Source: an uncultured archaeon
Lineage (GTDB): Archaea; Micrarchaeota; Micrarchaeia; Micrarchaeales; CABMGC01
Length of the DNA stretch: 64,000 nt
Assembly (NCBI GenBank): GCA_963787445.1
Contig: CAWBCT010000005.1
Coordinates: 384,001-448,000, forward strand
Direction of reading: 5' to 3'
How positions within the stretch are numbered: position 1 is the first letter of the stretch; each line of letters starts with the position of its first letter. The translations under genes were made by a program, and so were the position numbers. The notes below the pieces were generated by a model, which saw nothing but the letters and a program-made list of their open reading frames with translations, was not told the origin of the DNA and did not search any database. This document shows positions 11,326 through 20,925 of this stretch, one piece after another.

Positions 11326-11728
11326 CGGTATTCCCCTCAAGTATCTCATCCATCTTCTGTGCAAAGCTCAGCATCCTGTCGAACTCCCTGACCATCTCTG
11401 ACTGCAGGTCCTCTATCGTGCTTTCCATGTCTTCTGATCTTAGATAGTATTTTCTGCCGCGCCTTATGACAAGGCCGGAGTAGATGAACCTGTTAAGATG
11501 ATAGATGACTGTGCTGCGCGGCATCTCCAGCTTCTCGTTCAGCTCCTTGCTGGTTATCCCTTCTCCGTTAATGTTGCTCTCCGCAATTTCCTGGAAAAGC
11601 TGGGGCTCAACCGCCTCTGGATTGTTTGCAAGATCGAAAACCTCGCAGAACCATTCAGAGAGCACCTCGGCGTTCTCCTTTCCTGGCTTGTTTATGGCCT
11701 TGATCACGATCTTTGATGTTGCTGCCAT
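11300..11728 (-). CDS. winged-helix (ArsR-like) regulator heading the grpE-dnaK-dnaJ operon
   Basis: TSKELNEKLEMPRSTVIYHLNRF HTH; overlaps the grpE start. Confidence 0.8.
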   Translation of the reverse strand: MAATSKIVIKAINKPGKENAEVLSEWFCEVFDLANNPEAVEPQLFQEIAESNINGEGITSKELNEKLEMPRSTVIYHLNRFIYSGLVIRRGRKYYLRSEDMESTIEDLQSEMVREFDRMLSFAQKMDEILEGNTDARRKERK

Positions 11729-11770
11729 AGTCTAACTTATAATTGAATAGATATATAAATATTTGCTTGT

Positions 11771-11789
11771 TTTCAACAAAAAGTTGAAA
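11771..11789. promoter_or_regulatory. palindromic operator TTTCAAC-N5-GTTGAAA next to the minus-strand TATA box (~11751-11759) of the chaperone operon
   Basis: perfect 7-bp inverted repeat seen in sequence. Confidence 0.65.
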
Positions 11790-11877
11790 GAATGGTCTTT
11801 TGTTGTAAGATTTTCCCTTTGGCCTAAACGTATGGCTTATTAAAGTATTATGTCGTTAGGATATCAAGAGTGGTTAT

Positions 11878-12090
11878 ATGAAAAATACGCATTCGACTAT
11901 AGCAGGGACGGTTCTTTCGCTGTTGTTCGTAGTCATTGGTTTTGCTGCGATATATGCGGCTGTGCTGTCAGCAGGGGGAGTCCCGGCGTCCTACACAGTC
12001 TCACTTGTAATCTTCCTTATAGTGCTGTGGCTGCTTATGCTGCTCATAATGCATGACAGGGAGAACGTAGCTGCAAGAAAGCGCAGATAA
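11878..12090 (+). CDS. small two-TM membrane protein
   Basis: two hydrophobic helices and a basic tail. Confidence 0.6.
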   Translation: MKNTHSTIAGTVLSLLFVVIGFAAIYAAVLSAGGVPASYTVSLVIFLIVLWLLMLLIMHDRENVAARKRR

Positions 12091-12133
12091 AGATGATTTA
12101 AGGCGGGGGTCTTGCCCCCACCTCTTTCTATTT

Positions 12134-12838
12134 TTACAATTTGTTTCTTTTCCTTTCAGCCCGCAGTTTAAGTATGATGTTTATGTAATAAGTGACGTCG
12201 GAGGGCTTCACCTTGGTGTCCTCCTGCTCCTTCCAGCTTACGGGCATGGAGAGCGGCTGCACGCCCTTCCACTCCGACCTTACAATCATCTCGGTGTCAA
12301 AGAACCAGTGGGTATCCTTTATCTCTGGAAGCAGCCCTTTTATGAAACCTGAATCCCAGAACTTGAAGCCGCACTGGTGGTCCCTTATTCTTGATCCGAG
12401 AAGGAGGAATACCAGAAAGTTGTACCAGACACTTGCAAACAGGCGCATCGGGTCTCTGCTCACCCGGGACTCCCTCTCGTAGCGCGCCCCAACAACAACC
12501 TTGTTCCCTTCTTCGACGTGGCGCATTGCGATTGGGATGTAATTAAGTGGGACTGCCAGGTCAATGTCTATGTAGCCTATAACATTGCCTCTTGCGGCCT
12601 TTATTGCGGTCTTTAGGGCTATGCCACGACCGCGCTGCTTGTGAGGAGGGGAGAGAACCCTCACGTTCCTTAACCTTGCAAACTTCTTTGCGATTTGCAG
12701 AGTGTCATCAGTTGAGCCGTTCTCAGCGATTATGATCTCCGAGTCTCCAATCCTCTTTACCTCCTCGTAGATTCTGGGGAAGTTTTTTGACAGATTCTCA
12801 TGCTCGTTGTACACAGGAAGTATCAAGGTGAGCCTCAT
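12134..12838 (-). CDS. GT2 glycosyltransferase (dolichol-phosphate hexosyltransferase-like)
   Basis: LPVYNE, NGSTDDT, DID, DHQCGFK, WFFDTE. Confidence 0.92.
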   Translation of the reverse strand: MRLTLILPVYNEHENLSKNFPRIYEEVKRIGDSEIIIAENGSTDDTLQIAKKFARLRNVRVLSPPHKQRGRGIALKTAIKAARGNVIGYIDIDLAVPLNYIPIAMRHVEEGNKVVVGARYERESRVSRDPMRLFASVWYNFLVFLLLGSRIRDHQCGFKFWDSGFIKGLLPEIKDTHWFFDTEMIVRSEWKGVQPLSMPVSWKEQEDTKVKPSDVTYYINIILKLRAERKRNKL

Positions 12839-12910
12839 CGTATCCTGAGATATAGAACTTATATGCATATTTATTGTTTTGCGTCCAATCGATATTGCTT
12901 TGGTTGTTTC

Positions 12911-14917
12911 ATGCTTGCTCTGGGCATAATCTTTTACATCTCAAGCATACTTTTCGGAATCAGCCTAGTAAACTACTTCTTTGGCAGGCGCATAGAGGAG
13001 ATACTGGTAAAGTATGCTTTCTCCTTTCCGATTGGCTTTGCTTTCGCGACCTATCTGGTGGTGATATTCGAGGCTGTGGGAGGTTCCTTCAATGACTACT
13101 GTGTTCTGGCAGCTTCAATCATAATGCTCGCGTTCTCATACCTGCTTTATAGAGGGGCTGGGTCGCGGGAGATGTTTGATTGGAAACTCTTCAAGAAGCA
13201 GGTTAATCGTGAAACCTTATTTTATGCACTTATAACGATAGTATTCGTCCTTCTGGCGGCAATGCAGGTTGTGGGTGTTAACAACACGCCCAGGGGCATC
13301 GGAAGCGGGGGAAACTATGGCACCGACTTCCTCTTCCATGTCAGCATAGGAAACTCGCTGGTTTACAGCGGCTGGCCGCCCAGACTGCTTTACGCAAACG
13401 GCGCATCCAACGTGTTCCCATTCATCACCGACTTCTACACATCCATCCTGATGTTCAACGGGATAGGGCCTGTGACTGCGCTTTACCTAATGAACATGCT
13501 GCTTTGGTTTTCGATAGTGGTCATCACAGTTTACTTCGTCTCGCTGATAACAAAGAGGAAAGTGGCGTCCGTTTTTGGCTTCCTTCTCTTCCTTCTGTGC
13601 GGCGTGACGCTCAACGTGCTCATTCTTGCTGCCACAGGAGTAAACCTGCCGAACTCCGGGCTCGCTGGCCTGATCAGCCACTTCAATCTTTACCGGGCGC
13701 TCGGTTTTCAGCTCTTCAATTTCGCAAATCCCATAACAAACAACTTCGCCCCGCAGCACGACCTGCTGCTCGGTTTCCCGTACGCGCTGATAATATTGAG
13801 CGTCCTGTATCTGGCCTTCTTTGAAGGCGCAAAAGAGTACAAGCACACCCCTAAGGAAGGGATTGACAAGCTCTTCGTCTTGATCGGACTGATGGTCGGG
13901 CTTATGCCGCTCGTCCACCCGTTCTCCCTCGTCTTCGTGTTTATTTTCGTGGTGGTTGCTTTTATCTACTCGATGATGAAAGGCGGGAGGAAGAGCAGGC
14001 TGCTTAATCAGTGGGTGCCTTTTGGTGCTGTCGCGGTGATTGTTGGGGTGCCCGAACTGCTGTTCATTCATTCCAGCAAGTTGGCTTCCGGGTTCTACGG
14101 CCTTGTGTTGAATGGGTGGATGTGGTACTCGCCGACCACGTCGCTTCCTTCTCAAATATTACTGCATCTCTTCTTCTGGCTGGAGACGTTCGGACCGATA
14201 GTTGTTGTGGGAATTTTGGGGCTTTACTACTTCCGGAAGAGGATTGTTGTTTTCGTGCCGGCTTTCATCGCCCTGTTGGTGGTCAACCTGGTAAGATTCT
14301 CCCCGAGTTTCGGCGACTCGAACAAGATAACCATCTACTTCCTGCTGTTCATGGCCGCTGCCGCTGTCTTCCTGATGTCTGAATTGTGGAAGAGGAGCAC
14401 CTCCTGGAGAGTGGTGGTCGCCTTTGCGTTCCTCATAATAATAGTTGGCGGCGTGGCCCAGGAGGTTTATGCGCTGGCGAACGGGCCTACGATAGCGGCC
14501 TCGAATGCCGAGATAAACGCGTCCAGCTGGATACTTGCGAACACTTCATCCAACTCAAGCTTTGTGGACAGTTGCTATAACACTGTGTTCGCCCTGTCCT
14601 CCTCCCTGGCGGGAAGGAGAACGCTGATGGAGATTGAGCCGTACATCGGCCTGGTGGGGCTGCAGAACTACGACATAGGCCAGGTCGACCAGCAGATCCA
14701 GAGCTTCATGATCAGGCCCAGCTGCTCGCTTGTGAGCCAGTACAATATCAGCTACGTGATGCTTGAGAACATCAGCACTTTTGCGCCCATCTGGTGCGAC
14801 CAGGTGAATTATAGTGCATTCAGCAACTCAACCGACTTTACACTGGTAAAGAGTGTATACTACAACCTGCCGCCGGACAATGATAAAATACTAATCTACA
14901 AGTCTCTTTGCGGTTAA
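12911..14917 (+). CDS. large polytopic membrane protein, probable GT-C glycosyltransferase
   Basis: many TM helices, DxxxH loop motif, extracellular C-terminal domain with N-glycosylation sequons; divergent from GT2. Confidence 0.6.
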   Translation: MLALGIIFYISSILFGISLVNYFFGRRIEEILVKYAFSFPIGFAFATYLVVIFEAVGGSFNDYCVLAASIIMLAFSYLLYRGAGSREMFDWKLFKKQVNRETLFYALITIVFVLLAAMQVVGVNNTPRGIGSGGNYGTDFLFHVSIGNSLVYSGWPPRLLYANGASNVFPFITDFYTSILMFNGIGPVTALYLMNMLLWFSIVVITVYFVSLITKRKVASVFGFLLFLLCGVTLNVLILAATGVNLPNSGLAGLISHFNLYRALGFQLFNFANPITNNFAPQHDLLLGFPYALIILSVLYLAFFEGAKEYKHTPKEGIDKLFVLIGLMVGLMPLVHPFSLVFVFIFVVVAFIYSMMKGGRKSRLLNQWVPFGAVAVIVGVPELLFIHSSKLASGFYGLVLNGWMWYSPTTSLPSQILLHLFFWLETFGPIVVVGILGLYYFRKRIVVFVPAFIALLVVNLVRFSPSFGDSNKITIYFLLFMAAAAVFLMSELWKRSTSWRVVVAFAFLIIIVGGVAQEVYALANGPTIAASNAEINASSWILANTSSNSSFVDSCYNTVFALSSSLAGRRTLMEIEPYIGLVGLQNYDIGQVDQQIQSFMIRPSCSLVSQYNISYVMLENISTFAPIWCDQVNYSAFSNSTDFTLVKSVYYNLPPDNDKILIYKSLCG

Positions 14918-16617
14918 GTTCTGTGTATTATTGCTGGTTTTCTAATCTTTTTCCAATATATGGGTGATATAATCACAAGTAGTATCGCAGCACCCAAAGG
15001 TATGAGATATTGGTCATTATTTTGAGGGAGTATCAAAGGGGGTGCAGGGGGATTAAAGTTGTTAGATAGAAGTGATAAGGTGGAGGTATTTGCGACAGTT
15101 AAGTATACGTAGCCATTATGGATAGTAGCATTGACATCTGAGGTGTGCTCTCCGGTATCACCAAAAGAGTAAACAGAGGGAAAGGCGGTTATCATTGACC
15201 TATTTAAATACCATAGGCCTAAACTTGCATTAAGAGCCGCGAAGTTTGTGGAAGAACCATTAGAGTTGCCGCCAAACACAAGCTCCGAATCGTAATAGTC
15301 CGTGTGCCCGCTCTTGTATAGGGGTGTTACCAAGATGCTTGAAGAATTTGCTGTAAGATTTAGTGTGACATTGTCATAGTAAGTTAATGGTTGGGTGTAA
15401 TTACCGTTCTTTATTACTTCAAAACCAAATCTTACAACAGGGTTGGTCTTATTTTCTATAGAAGTTACAAGTAAAAGGGATAGGGGGGTTGTGTAATAAG
15501 TTGCATTTAATTCATATCCGTAGTAATTGGTGTTCCCCCCATCTATCCCAAAAGAGCTGCCAGATCCGCTCAGGGTTTTATTTAGATCAACTGTTTGAGA
15601 GTAGAATGATGAGGTGTTCCATATTTCATCATCTATGAAAATTGATTGGTCTGAGGTATTGAACTCTGCTACATTTTGCAGCCAGTAAGATCTAATCCCC
15701 CCGTTTAACAATCTGATGTGGAGTTCGGCGTTCATTTGTAGGCTTGCGGGTTTTGGAGCTAGTGGGGACGTGTTGTTTTGACTAAAGATGTCAATGGTGG
15801 TTATATTTGCTAGCCCGTAAATAGTATTTGTATTTATGGTGTATGGAACAAGATTTCCTGAATAATTGAATAGACCATAACTTGCAACCCCTATTGCCTA
15901 GATGCCACTTTTCAAATCACGATATGGATTAGCCAATATTGGGGTGCTGTTAAGGTAGATTAGTGCCTCGCCATTAACCCCCGATATATTTAGAGTGTAG
16001 GTGCCAGGGTTAGCTTGTAAACCCCCGTATGTTTGGTTAGTTGAATGAGTTGATGAGCATGTAGCGTTTTGGTCAAAAATTTTGTAACATAGATTGGTTT
16101 CGTTGTTTATTTGTTTCCTGAAATAGGTCCAATAGGTTCTATCCTGTTTGATCAGTGAGACATTCGCCTGTGGATCGGTTAGCACCCACTCTAAAGTATT
16201 AATTAGACTGTAGTTTTTGAGGTCGAAGGAGAACTTTCCTGGTGTTTGTATTATTTCTCCTTTTGCCTTGGGCGATACATAAAGATAGAATGCTGAAGGG
16301 GATGTTTGGGAGTACATTACTGCTCCGTAGTTCCCTGCCGTCAAGTTAACAAGTATGATTTCTGGTCCGGATGTGTTTTTTTGGTATACTGAATTACAGA
16401 CATGGCAAGATTTGTTTTCTATTTCGTAGTAATTTGAGAGGTTGTAAATGGTGATTGTGGAGGGGGTTGGAGATATTGCGTCTATTATTAATGTTGTATT
16501 TGCTGCGTTGTAAAATGTTATGTTTGTATATCCGTAAGTCTGTGGCTGGATGAAAAGATTGTGAATGGGCAAAAGAAAAAGAAGGAGAAGGAACAGGTTC
16601 ATATTGTCAAACACCAT
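14914..16617 (-). pseudogene. thermopsin-like (peptidase A5) secreted, membrane-anchored protein interrupted by one in-frame TAG at 15898-15900
   Basis: ORFs 15898..16617 and 14914..15735 are in frame; the gap reads AIGVASYGLFNY...ASLQMN; YWLQNV, DSELVFGG and DTGE motifs; visibly AT-rich. Confidence 0.8.
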
Positions 16618-16632
16618 TCATAAATATGTTAA

Positions 16633-16724
16633 TGGACTCCGCGGGATTTTCCTGCGCGAAGCGCAATTCGAACCCGCAACCTCCTGCATGCCATGCAGGC
16701 GCGCTACCGTTGCGCCAGGAGCCC
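16633..16724 (-). tRNA. tRNA-Ala(GGC) with a 20-nt intron in the T-loop (59/60; 16647-16666)
   Basis: cloverleaf GGGCTCC/GGAGTCC; anticodon arm CCTGC-ATGGCAT-GCAGG; the insert forms a relaxed bulge-helix-bulge. Confidence 0.92.
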
Positions 16725-16738
16725 ATTAAGTGTGATGT

Positions 16739-16978
16739 TCAGACCGAGGCCGGGGAGATGAAAAGTATGTTCCCGCCCCTGAGGAGTATTACCCCGAGCT
16801 TCGTCTTTGTTGAGCCGCCCTCCTCAAGCTCTTCGGAGTTTTCTAGGACTATGTTCATGTGAACGTCAAACGACTGAACCTTCCCGCGTATGTCCGTCCC
16901 GTTCTTCAAGCGTATCAGTACCTGCTGCCCTATAGCCTTGTTCAAAAGGTCGAAAGGCCTCTCGTGATTCATAGCCAT
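16739..16978 (-). CDS. Sm-like archaeal protein (SmAP/Lsm)
   Basis: RPFDLL, GKVQSFDVHMNIVL, LLRGGNI. Confidence 0.95.
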   Translation of the reverse strand: MAMNHERPFDLLNKAIGQQVLIRLKNGTDIRGKVQSFDVHMNIVLENSEELEEGGSTKTKLGVILLRGGNILFISPASV

Positions 16979-17030
16979 TAATTCACCAACAAATGCTTTT
17001 TATTAGACGGATAAAGTCTATAAAGACAAC

Positions 17031-17588
17031 CTACACGTATTGGGCGTTTAGCGCAGCTATCAGCTGGGTCGTCCTGGTGGCCGTGCCCGGCAGGCTGTAG
17101 GTCATCCAGATGTAGCCGACGTAGGAGCCGGGCCCGCCGCTGACAAAGCTGGCCAGGCCGTTGGGCCCGTAGCAGTACAGCGAGAAGCTCTTCGAGGTCC
17201 CGGTGAACATCTTGACGCCTGTCCCTGGGGACTGGCCGGATGGGTAAAACTGGATGGCGTTTGTGGTCTGGACGTTGCCGTATCTGGGGAGTTCCTGCGT
17301 GGTTGTCGTGTTTATGCTGGACGAGCAGGCTATCCCGTAGACGTTTATGTCGCCTCCGGTGGCCTGGACTATGGAGATGTTCATGAGCCCGTTGAAGAAG
17401 AGGAACATGGGGCCGCAGGAGAAGCCCGAGGAGGTGACGCACTGTTGCGAGAAGCCCTGGTGCGTCGAGGTGCTGATGGAGTAGATGACGACCAAAGCCA
17501 CCGCTATGATGATTATGAATATGCCGTAGGAAACCATGAAGTCGAGTGCTGCCTGCGCCTTTCGGGAGTTGTTGCGGTTCCGATTCAA
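17031..17588 (-). CDS. type IV pilin-like protein with class III signal peptide
   Basis: RKAQAALDF followed by a hydrophobic helix; Cys-containing globular domain. Confidence 0.75.
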   Translation of the reverse strand: MNRNRNNSRKAQAALDFMVSYGIFIIIIAVALVVIYSISTSTHQGFSQQCVTSSGFSCGPMFLFFNGLMNISIVQATGGDINVYGIACSSSINTTTTQELPRYGNVQTTNAIQFYPSGQSPGTGVKMFTGTSKSFSLYCYGPNGLASFVSGGPGSYVGYIWMTYSLPGTATRTTQLIAALNAQYV

Positions 17589-18197
17589 CTACTTCGCCTT
17601 TGCTTCCGCTTCGAAATCGGAAAGCTTGTAATTAAACTCTTCATTGGACTTTATTATGCCTTTCTCTTTGAGGAACTCGCGCGCCAGGATGAAGTAGATG
17701 AGCGAAAGAGAGCGCCTTCCCTTGTTGTTGCACGGTATCACAAGGTCGACGAACTTCATCCAGTTGTCCGTGTCGCAGAGCGCGATTATCGGGATGTTCG
17801 TCTTGCTTGCCTCCTTTACCGCCTGCCGCTCGTTGCGGTTGTCGCTGATGAGTATGATCTCGGGCTCGATGAAGTCCTCCCGGTTCGGGTTGGTGAAGAT
17901 GCCGGGCATCACCCGGCCCGTGATCAGCTTTGCCTTGGTTATCTCCGCAAACTTTGTTGCGGCTGTTATCGAATATATACGGGATGCGGTTACGACTATC
18001 TGCGACGGGTCGTATTTGGCGAGCATCTGCGCTGCAAGCTTGAGGCGGGCATCTATCGTCTCAAGATCAAGTGTGTACAGCCCGTCCTCGCGCACCTTTT
18101 CGATGAATCTCTTCATTCCCTGGGTCTTCACTTTCGTGCCCAGGTGTATGCCTACCTCTTTGTACAACAGTTGGTCTACCAGCATTTTATCAGTCAT
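17589..18197 (-). CDS. rps2: 30S ribosomal protein uS2
   Basis: GIHLGTK, GRVMPGIFTNP, IALCDTDN, PCNNKGRRS. Confidence 0.97.
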   Translation of the reverse strand: MTDKMLVDQLLYKEVGIHLGTKVKTQGMKRFIEKVREDGLYTLDLETIDARLKLAAQMLAKYDPSQIVVTASRIYSITAATKFAEITKAKLITGRVMPGIFTNPNREDFIEPEIILISDNRNERQAVKEASKTNIPIIALCDTDNWMKFVDLVIPCNNKGRRSLSLIYFILAREFLKEKGIIKSNEEFNYKLSDFEAEAKAK

Positions 18198-18207
18198 GTG
18201 AACACCG

Positions 18208-18408
18208 TCATTTCCTGCTGTAATTTATGATGTCGTCAATCAGGTCAACGTGCCCGATGAGCATGCGCCTGCAGCAGTACCTCTTCACGCCGAGCTCTTC
18301 CAGGACCTTCTTGGAGTCCTCCTTGCCCTTGTTGACGCGCTTGTCGTACTCCTCCCACTTGTCGGCAACTACCTGTCCGCATGAGAAGCATCGAATTGGT
18401 ATCATCAT
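18208..18408 (-). CDS. rpoN: RNA polymerase subunit N (Rpo10)
   Basis: IPIRCFSCG...RYCCRRML. Confidence 0.97.
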   Translation of the reverse strand: MMIPIRCFSCGQVVADKWEEYDKRVNKGKEDSKKVLEELGVKRYCCRRMLIGHVDLIDDIINYSRK

Positions 18409-18412
18409 AAAA

Positions 18413-18970
18413 TCATCTATAGGAGGTCTGGAACCTTGCACGTGCCTTGGTGCCCAGGAACTTCTTGGGCTCTACGCGCCTGACATCGTCCACGAGCATG
18501 CTGCGGTCGTAGTCCATGTACATCTTCCTCAGGGACTCGTCTCCTGAAGAGGCTACTATTACCTTGGCAACCGCATTGCGGGCTGCCTGCGCCTGCCCGC
18601 TTATCCCTCCGCCATGGACGTCAACGATTATCTTCGATCCCGACATCAGGTTTCTGGCCGTCTTTGAAATGCGTATCGGTTCGAGTATGAGCTCGCTGAT
18701 CTCCCTGGGCTTCAGGATGGTCGCGTTTATGCCGTTCACCACTACCTCACCTGCCCCGGAAACAAGCCTCGCCCTGGCGATTGCCTCCTTGCGCTTGCCC
18801 TTCTGCATCTGGACGTTCTTTCTTGCTGCGCGCTTCGGCTTGGCCGCCTTGCTGACCGCTTTCTTTGCCTGCATCCCCTTTGCGGTTTGTGGGAGACCTG
18901 CGTTAAACTCGTTTAGGGCGTTGTCCAGGTCCTTTACTCCGCGTGGTGCGCTTGGTTTTGTTTCGGCCAT
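18413..18970 (-). CDS. rps9: 30S ribosomal protein uS9 with N-terminal extension
   Basis: [28 protein letters not shown]. Confidence 0.96.
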   Translation of the reverse strand: MAETKPSAPRGVKDLDNALNEFNAGLPQTAKGMQAKKAVSKAAKPKRAARKNVQMQKGKRKEAIARARLVSGAGEVVVNGINATILKPREISELILEPIRISKTARNLMSGSKIIVDVHGGGISGQAQAARNAVAKVIVASSGDESLRKMYMDYDRSMLVDDVRRVEPKKFLGTKARARFQTSYR

Positions 18971-18971
18971 T

Positions 18972-19403
18972 TTATCCCGTGTAACCTAGCTTTGCAACTA
19001 GTTGCTTTATGGTGAATATCTTCTCGTATACCTCGTTCGCGTTCTTGAGGTGCGTAGGATCCTTTGCAGGCACCTTGATGCCCTCCGGGACGCCCATGTA
19101 GACCCTGATCCTCTTGTAGGCCGTCTTGCCCCTTGGCTGCCGGTAGGGGAGCATGCCGCGCACGATTCTCTTCACGAACATGTCGGGCCTTCTTGAGATG
19201 TAGGGTGAGTGCTCCGGGTTTGCCTTGTCCTTCAGCTCTACCTTGTTCTTGTACTTGGCGACTATGTCCTTCAGGTGGCCGCTCATGTAGATCTTCTCCG
19301 CGTTGACTATGATCACGTCGTCTCCGTTGAGCGCCTGCTTTGCGGCAAAGCTCGAGACCCTTCCGAGAATCTTCCCTTCGCCGTTTATTACATGTTCTGC
19401 CAT
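18972..19403 (-). CDS. rpl13: 50S ribosomal protein uL13
   Basis: ILGRVSS, VNAEK, VRGMLP. Confidence 0.96.
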   Translation of the reverse strand: MAEHVINGEGKILGRVSSFAAKQALNGDDVIIVNAEKIYMSGHLKDIVAKYKNKVELKDKANPEHSPYISRRPDMFVKRIVRGMLPYRQPRGKTAYKRIRVYMGVPEGIKVPAKDPTHLKNANEVYEKIFTIKQLVAKLGYTG

Positions 19404-19411
19404 GATGACCA

Positions 19412-19762
19412 CTACACAATCAGCCTTACGCCGTCCTTCTTAAGCATCTCTTCCAATGAAACCACCTGGCAGCCAGCAGCCTTCAGCTGGTGGGTCGCCG
19501 ATGTGGAGTACTCTATCGCCGCAACGGTGAACTTCTTGCCGAGAACCCCTGTTGCCAAGATCTTTCCGGGCACTATTATGTTTTCTGAGTCGCTCGCATA
19601 CTTGTTGAGCCTGCCCAGTGTTATCGAGACTCGCTCCTTGCGGGGCTTTGAGACGAACTTCAGCGCAGCTACGGAGAGTCCCGCGTTCTTAGAGTCCTTC
19701 TTGACTGCTGAGAGCGCTGCTACCCATTTCTGCGTGCTTGTCTTTTCAATTCCGTTCATCAT
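19412..19762 (-). CDS. rpl18e: 50S ribosomal protein eL18
   Basis: IIVPGKILATG; conserved position between rpoD/tRNA-Leu and rpl13. Confidence 0.93.
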   Translation of the reverse strand: MMNGIEKTSTQKWVAALSAVKKDSKNAGLSVAALKFVSKPRKERVSITLGRLNKYASDSENIIVPGKILATGVLGKKFTVAAIEYSTSATHQLKAAGCQVVSLEEMLKKDGVRLIV

Positions 19763-19778
19763 TATACACCGTTATATT

Positions 19779-19864
19779 TGCGGGGGGTGAGATTCGAACT
19801 CACGCAAACACAAAGTTACAGGAACCTCAATCCTGCGCATTTGGCCAAGCTCTGCCACCCCCGC
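19779..19864 (-). tRNA. tRNA-Leu(GAG)
   Basis: cloverleaf with long variable arm; anticodon arm CAGGA-TTGAGGT-TCCTG. Confidence 0.95.
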
Positions 19865-19868
19865 ACAC

Positions 19869-20438
19869 CTACTTCTTGAGCTCTTTGTGTATCTCTTTGA
19901 CGTTAGCTGTTATTATATCTAACGCCCTTGAGAAGATCTCCGGGGCTGGGATCTGGCCAAAAGCCTCTACATAAAACTCAAACTCCGTGCCGCTCTCGTT
20001 CGCGCTGTAGCTGGCGAGGCAGGTGGAGAACTTTGTGCTTCTTGTGCCGACCCCCAGGACCGCCTTTGCGTCTACCTTGAGGTTCTGTCCTTGTGCAAGC
20101 TTCATTATTGGGATATTTGGATTTGCCACTTCGACGTCTCCGGAGCTCTTCATGTCCTTGGAGTAGACGGTCTTTGGCCCTTCCTCTGAAAGCGAGAATA
20201 GCACTTCCTCCTTCTCGTTGAACTTCTTCGGCGTCTTCAGGGGAATGAGGCCAAGCCTATGCGCTATGTACTCGTCGAACATGGCGCTCGTGTTGTCGTA
20301 AAACGTTACATTCTCGATGGCAAAGGAGGGGATGCTGTTCATCATCACCCTGCGCAGGGAGTTCGCTATGTTGAAGGAGGCTCCGCTGAACTTTACTCGC
20401 ATTGCGAGGGGTGTGCTCTCTAAGACCGTTAGCTTCAT
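19869..20438 (-). CDS. rpoD: RNA polymerase subunit D (Rpo3), short form without Fe-S domain
   Basis: ANSLRR, NTSAMFDEYIAHRLGLIPL. Confidence 0.96.
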   Translation of the reverse strand: MKLTVLESTPLAMRVKFSGASFNIANSLRRVMMNSIPSFAIENVTFYDNTSAMFDEYIAHRLGLIPLKTPKKFNEKEEVLFSLSEEGPKTVYSKDMKSSGDVEVANPNIPIMKLAQGQNLKVDAKAVLGVGTRSTKFSTCLASYSANESGTEFEFYVEAFGQIPAPEIFSRALDIITANVKEIHKELKK

Positions 20439-20614
20439 GGAACCAGCCAAAAATAGGATTTTAGCGTTGTTAATATGCACGAAAATCTATTTAAACCTAT
20501 AGATTTAGTGGACACAGGGAACCGATTGCCCGGTGTCGAGCTAAACTTCCGATACTGCATAATTTGGTATAAGCTTTTTAAATACTTCAGTATAGTATAT
20601 CCGTAGGCGATTAC

Positions 20615-20896
20615 ATGAAGATCTCAGAAATCTATAGGATGGATATCTACAGCGACGACGGACAGTACGTAGGAGACGTTCAGGACGTTATAGTCGATCT
20701 CGAGAAGGGAGAGATAAGCAGGCTGCTTATGACCCCCTGGAAGAATGCGAAGAGCGACGCAAGCACGATTCTCAAGAAGAAGAGCATACTCTACAAGAGC
20801 GTAAAGAACATTGGAGACGTAGTCTTGGTGGGAGGCGCAAGCACCACGAGAGAGGAGTCTGCAAGCAGGGAAGAGCTAAACGACTTGGCGAGATAG
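20615..20896 (+). CDS. PRC-barrel domain protein (CdpB-like)
   Basis: IYSDDGQYVGDVQDVIVD, IGDVVLV. Confidence 0.85.
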   Translation: MKISEIYRMDIYSDDGQYVGDVQDVIVDLEKGEISRLLMTPWKNAKSDASTILKKKSILYKSVKNIGDVVLVGGASTTREESASREELNDLAR

Positions 20897-20925
20897 TCTC
20901 TCCTTTTTTCTTTTTAAATTTCCTT

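Noticed and set aside
15898-15900. Genome-wide TAG recoding (pyrrolysine)
   Set aside because: Many conserved genes end at TAG at their expected C-termini; no pyl genes in the window.
14900-16724. tRNA-integrated element around the thermopsin gene
   Set aside because: No integrase, and I found no duplicated tRNA 3' end (att site) at the far boundary.
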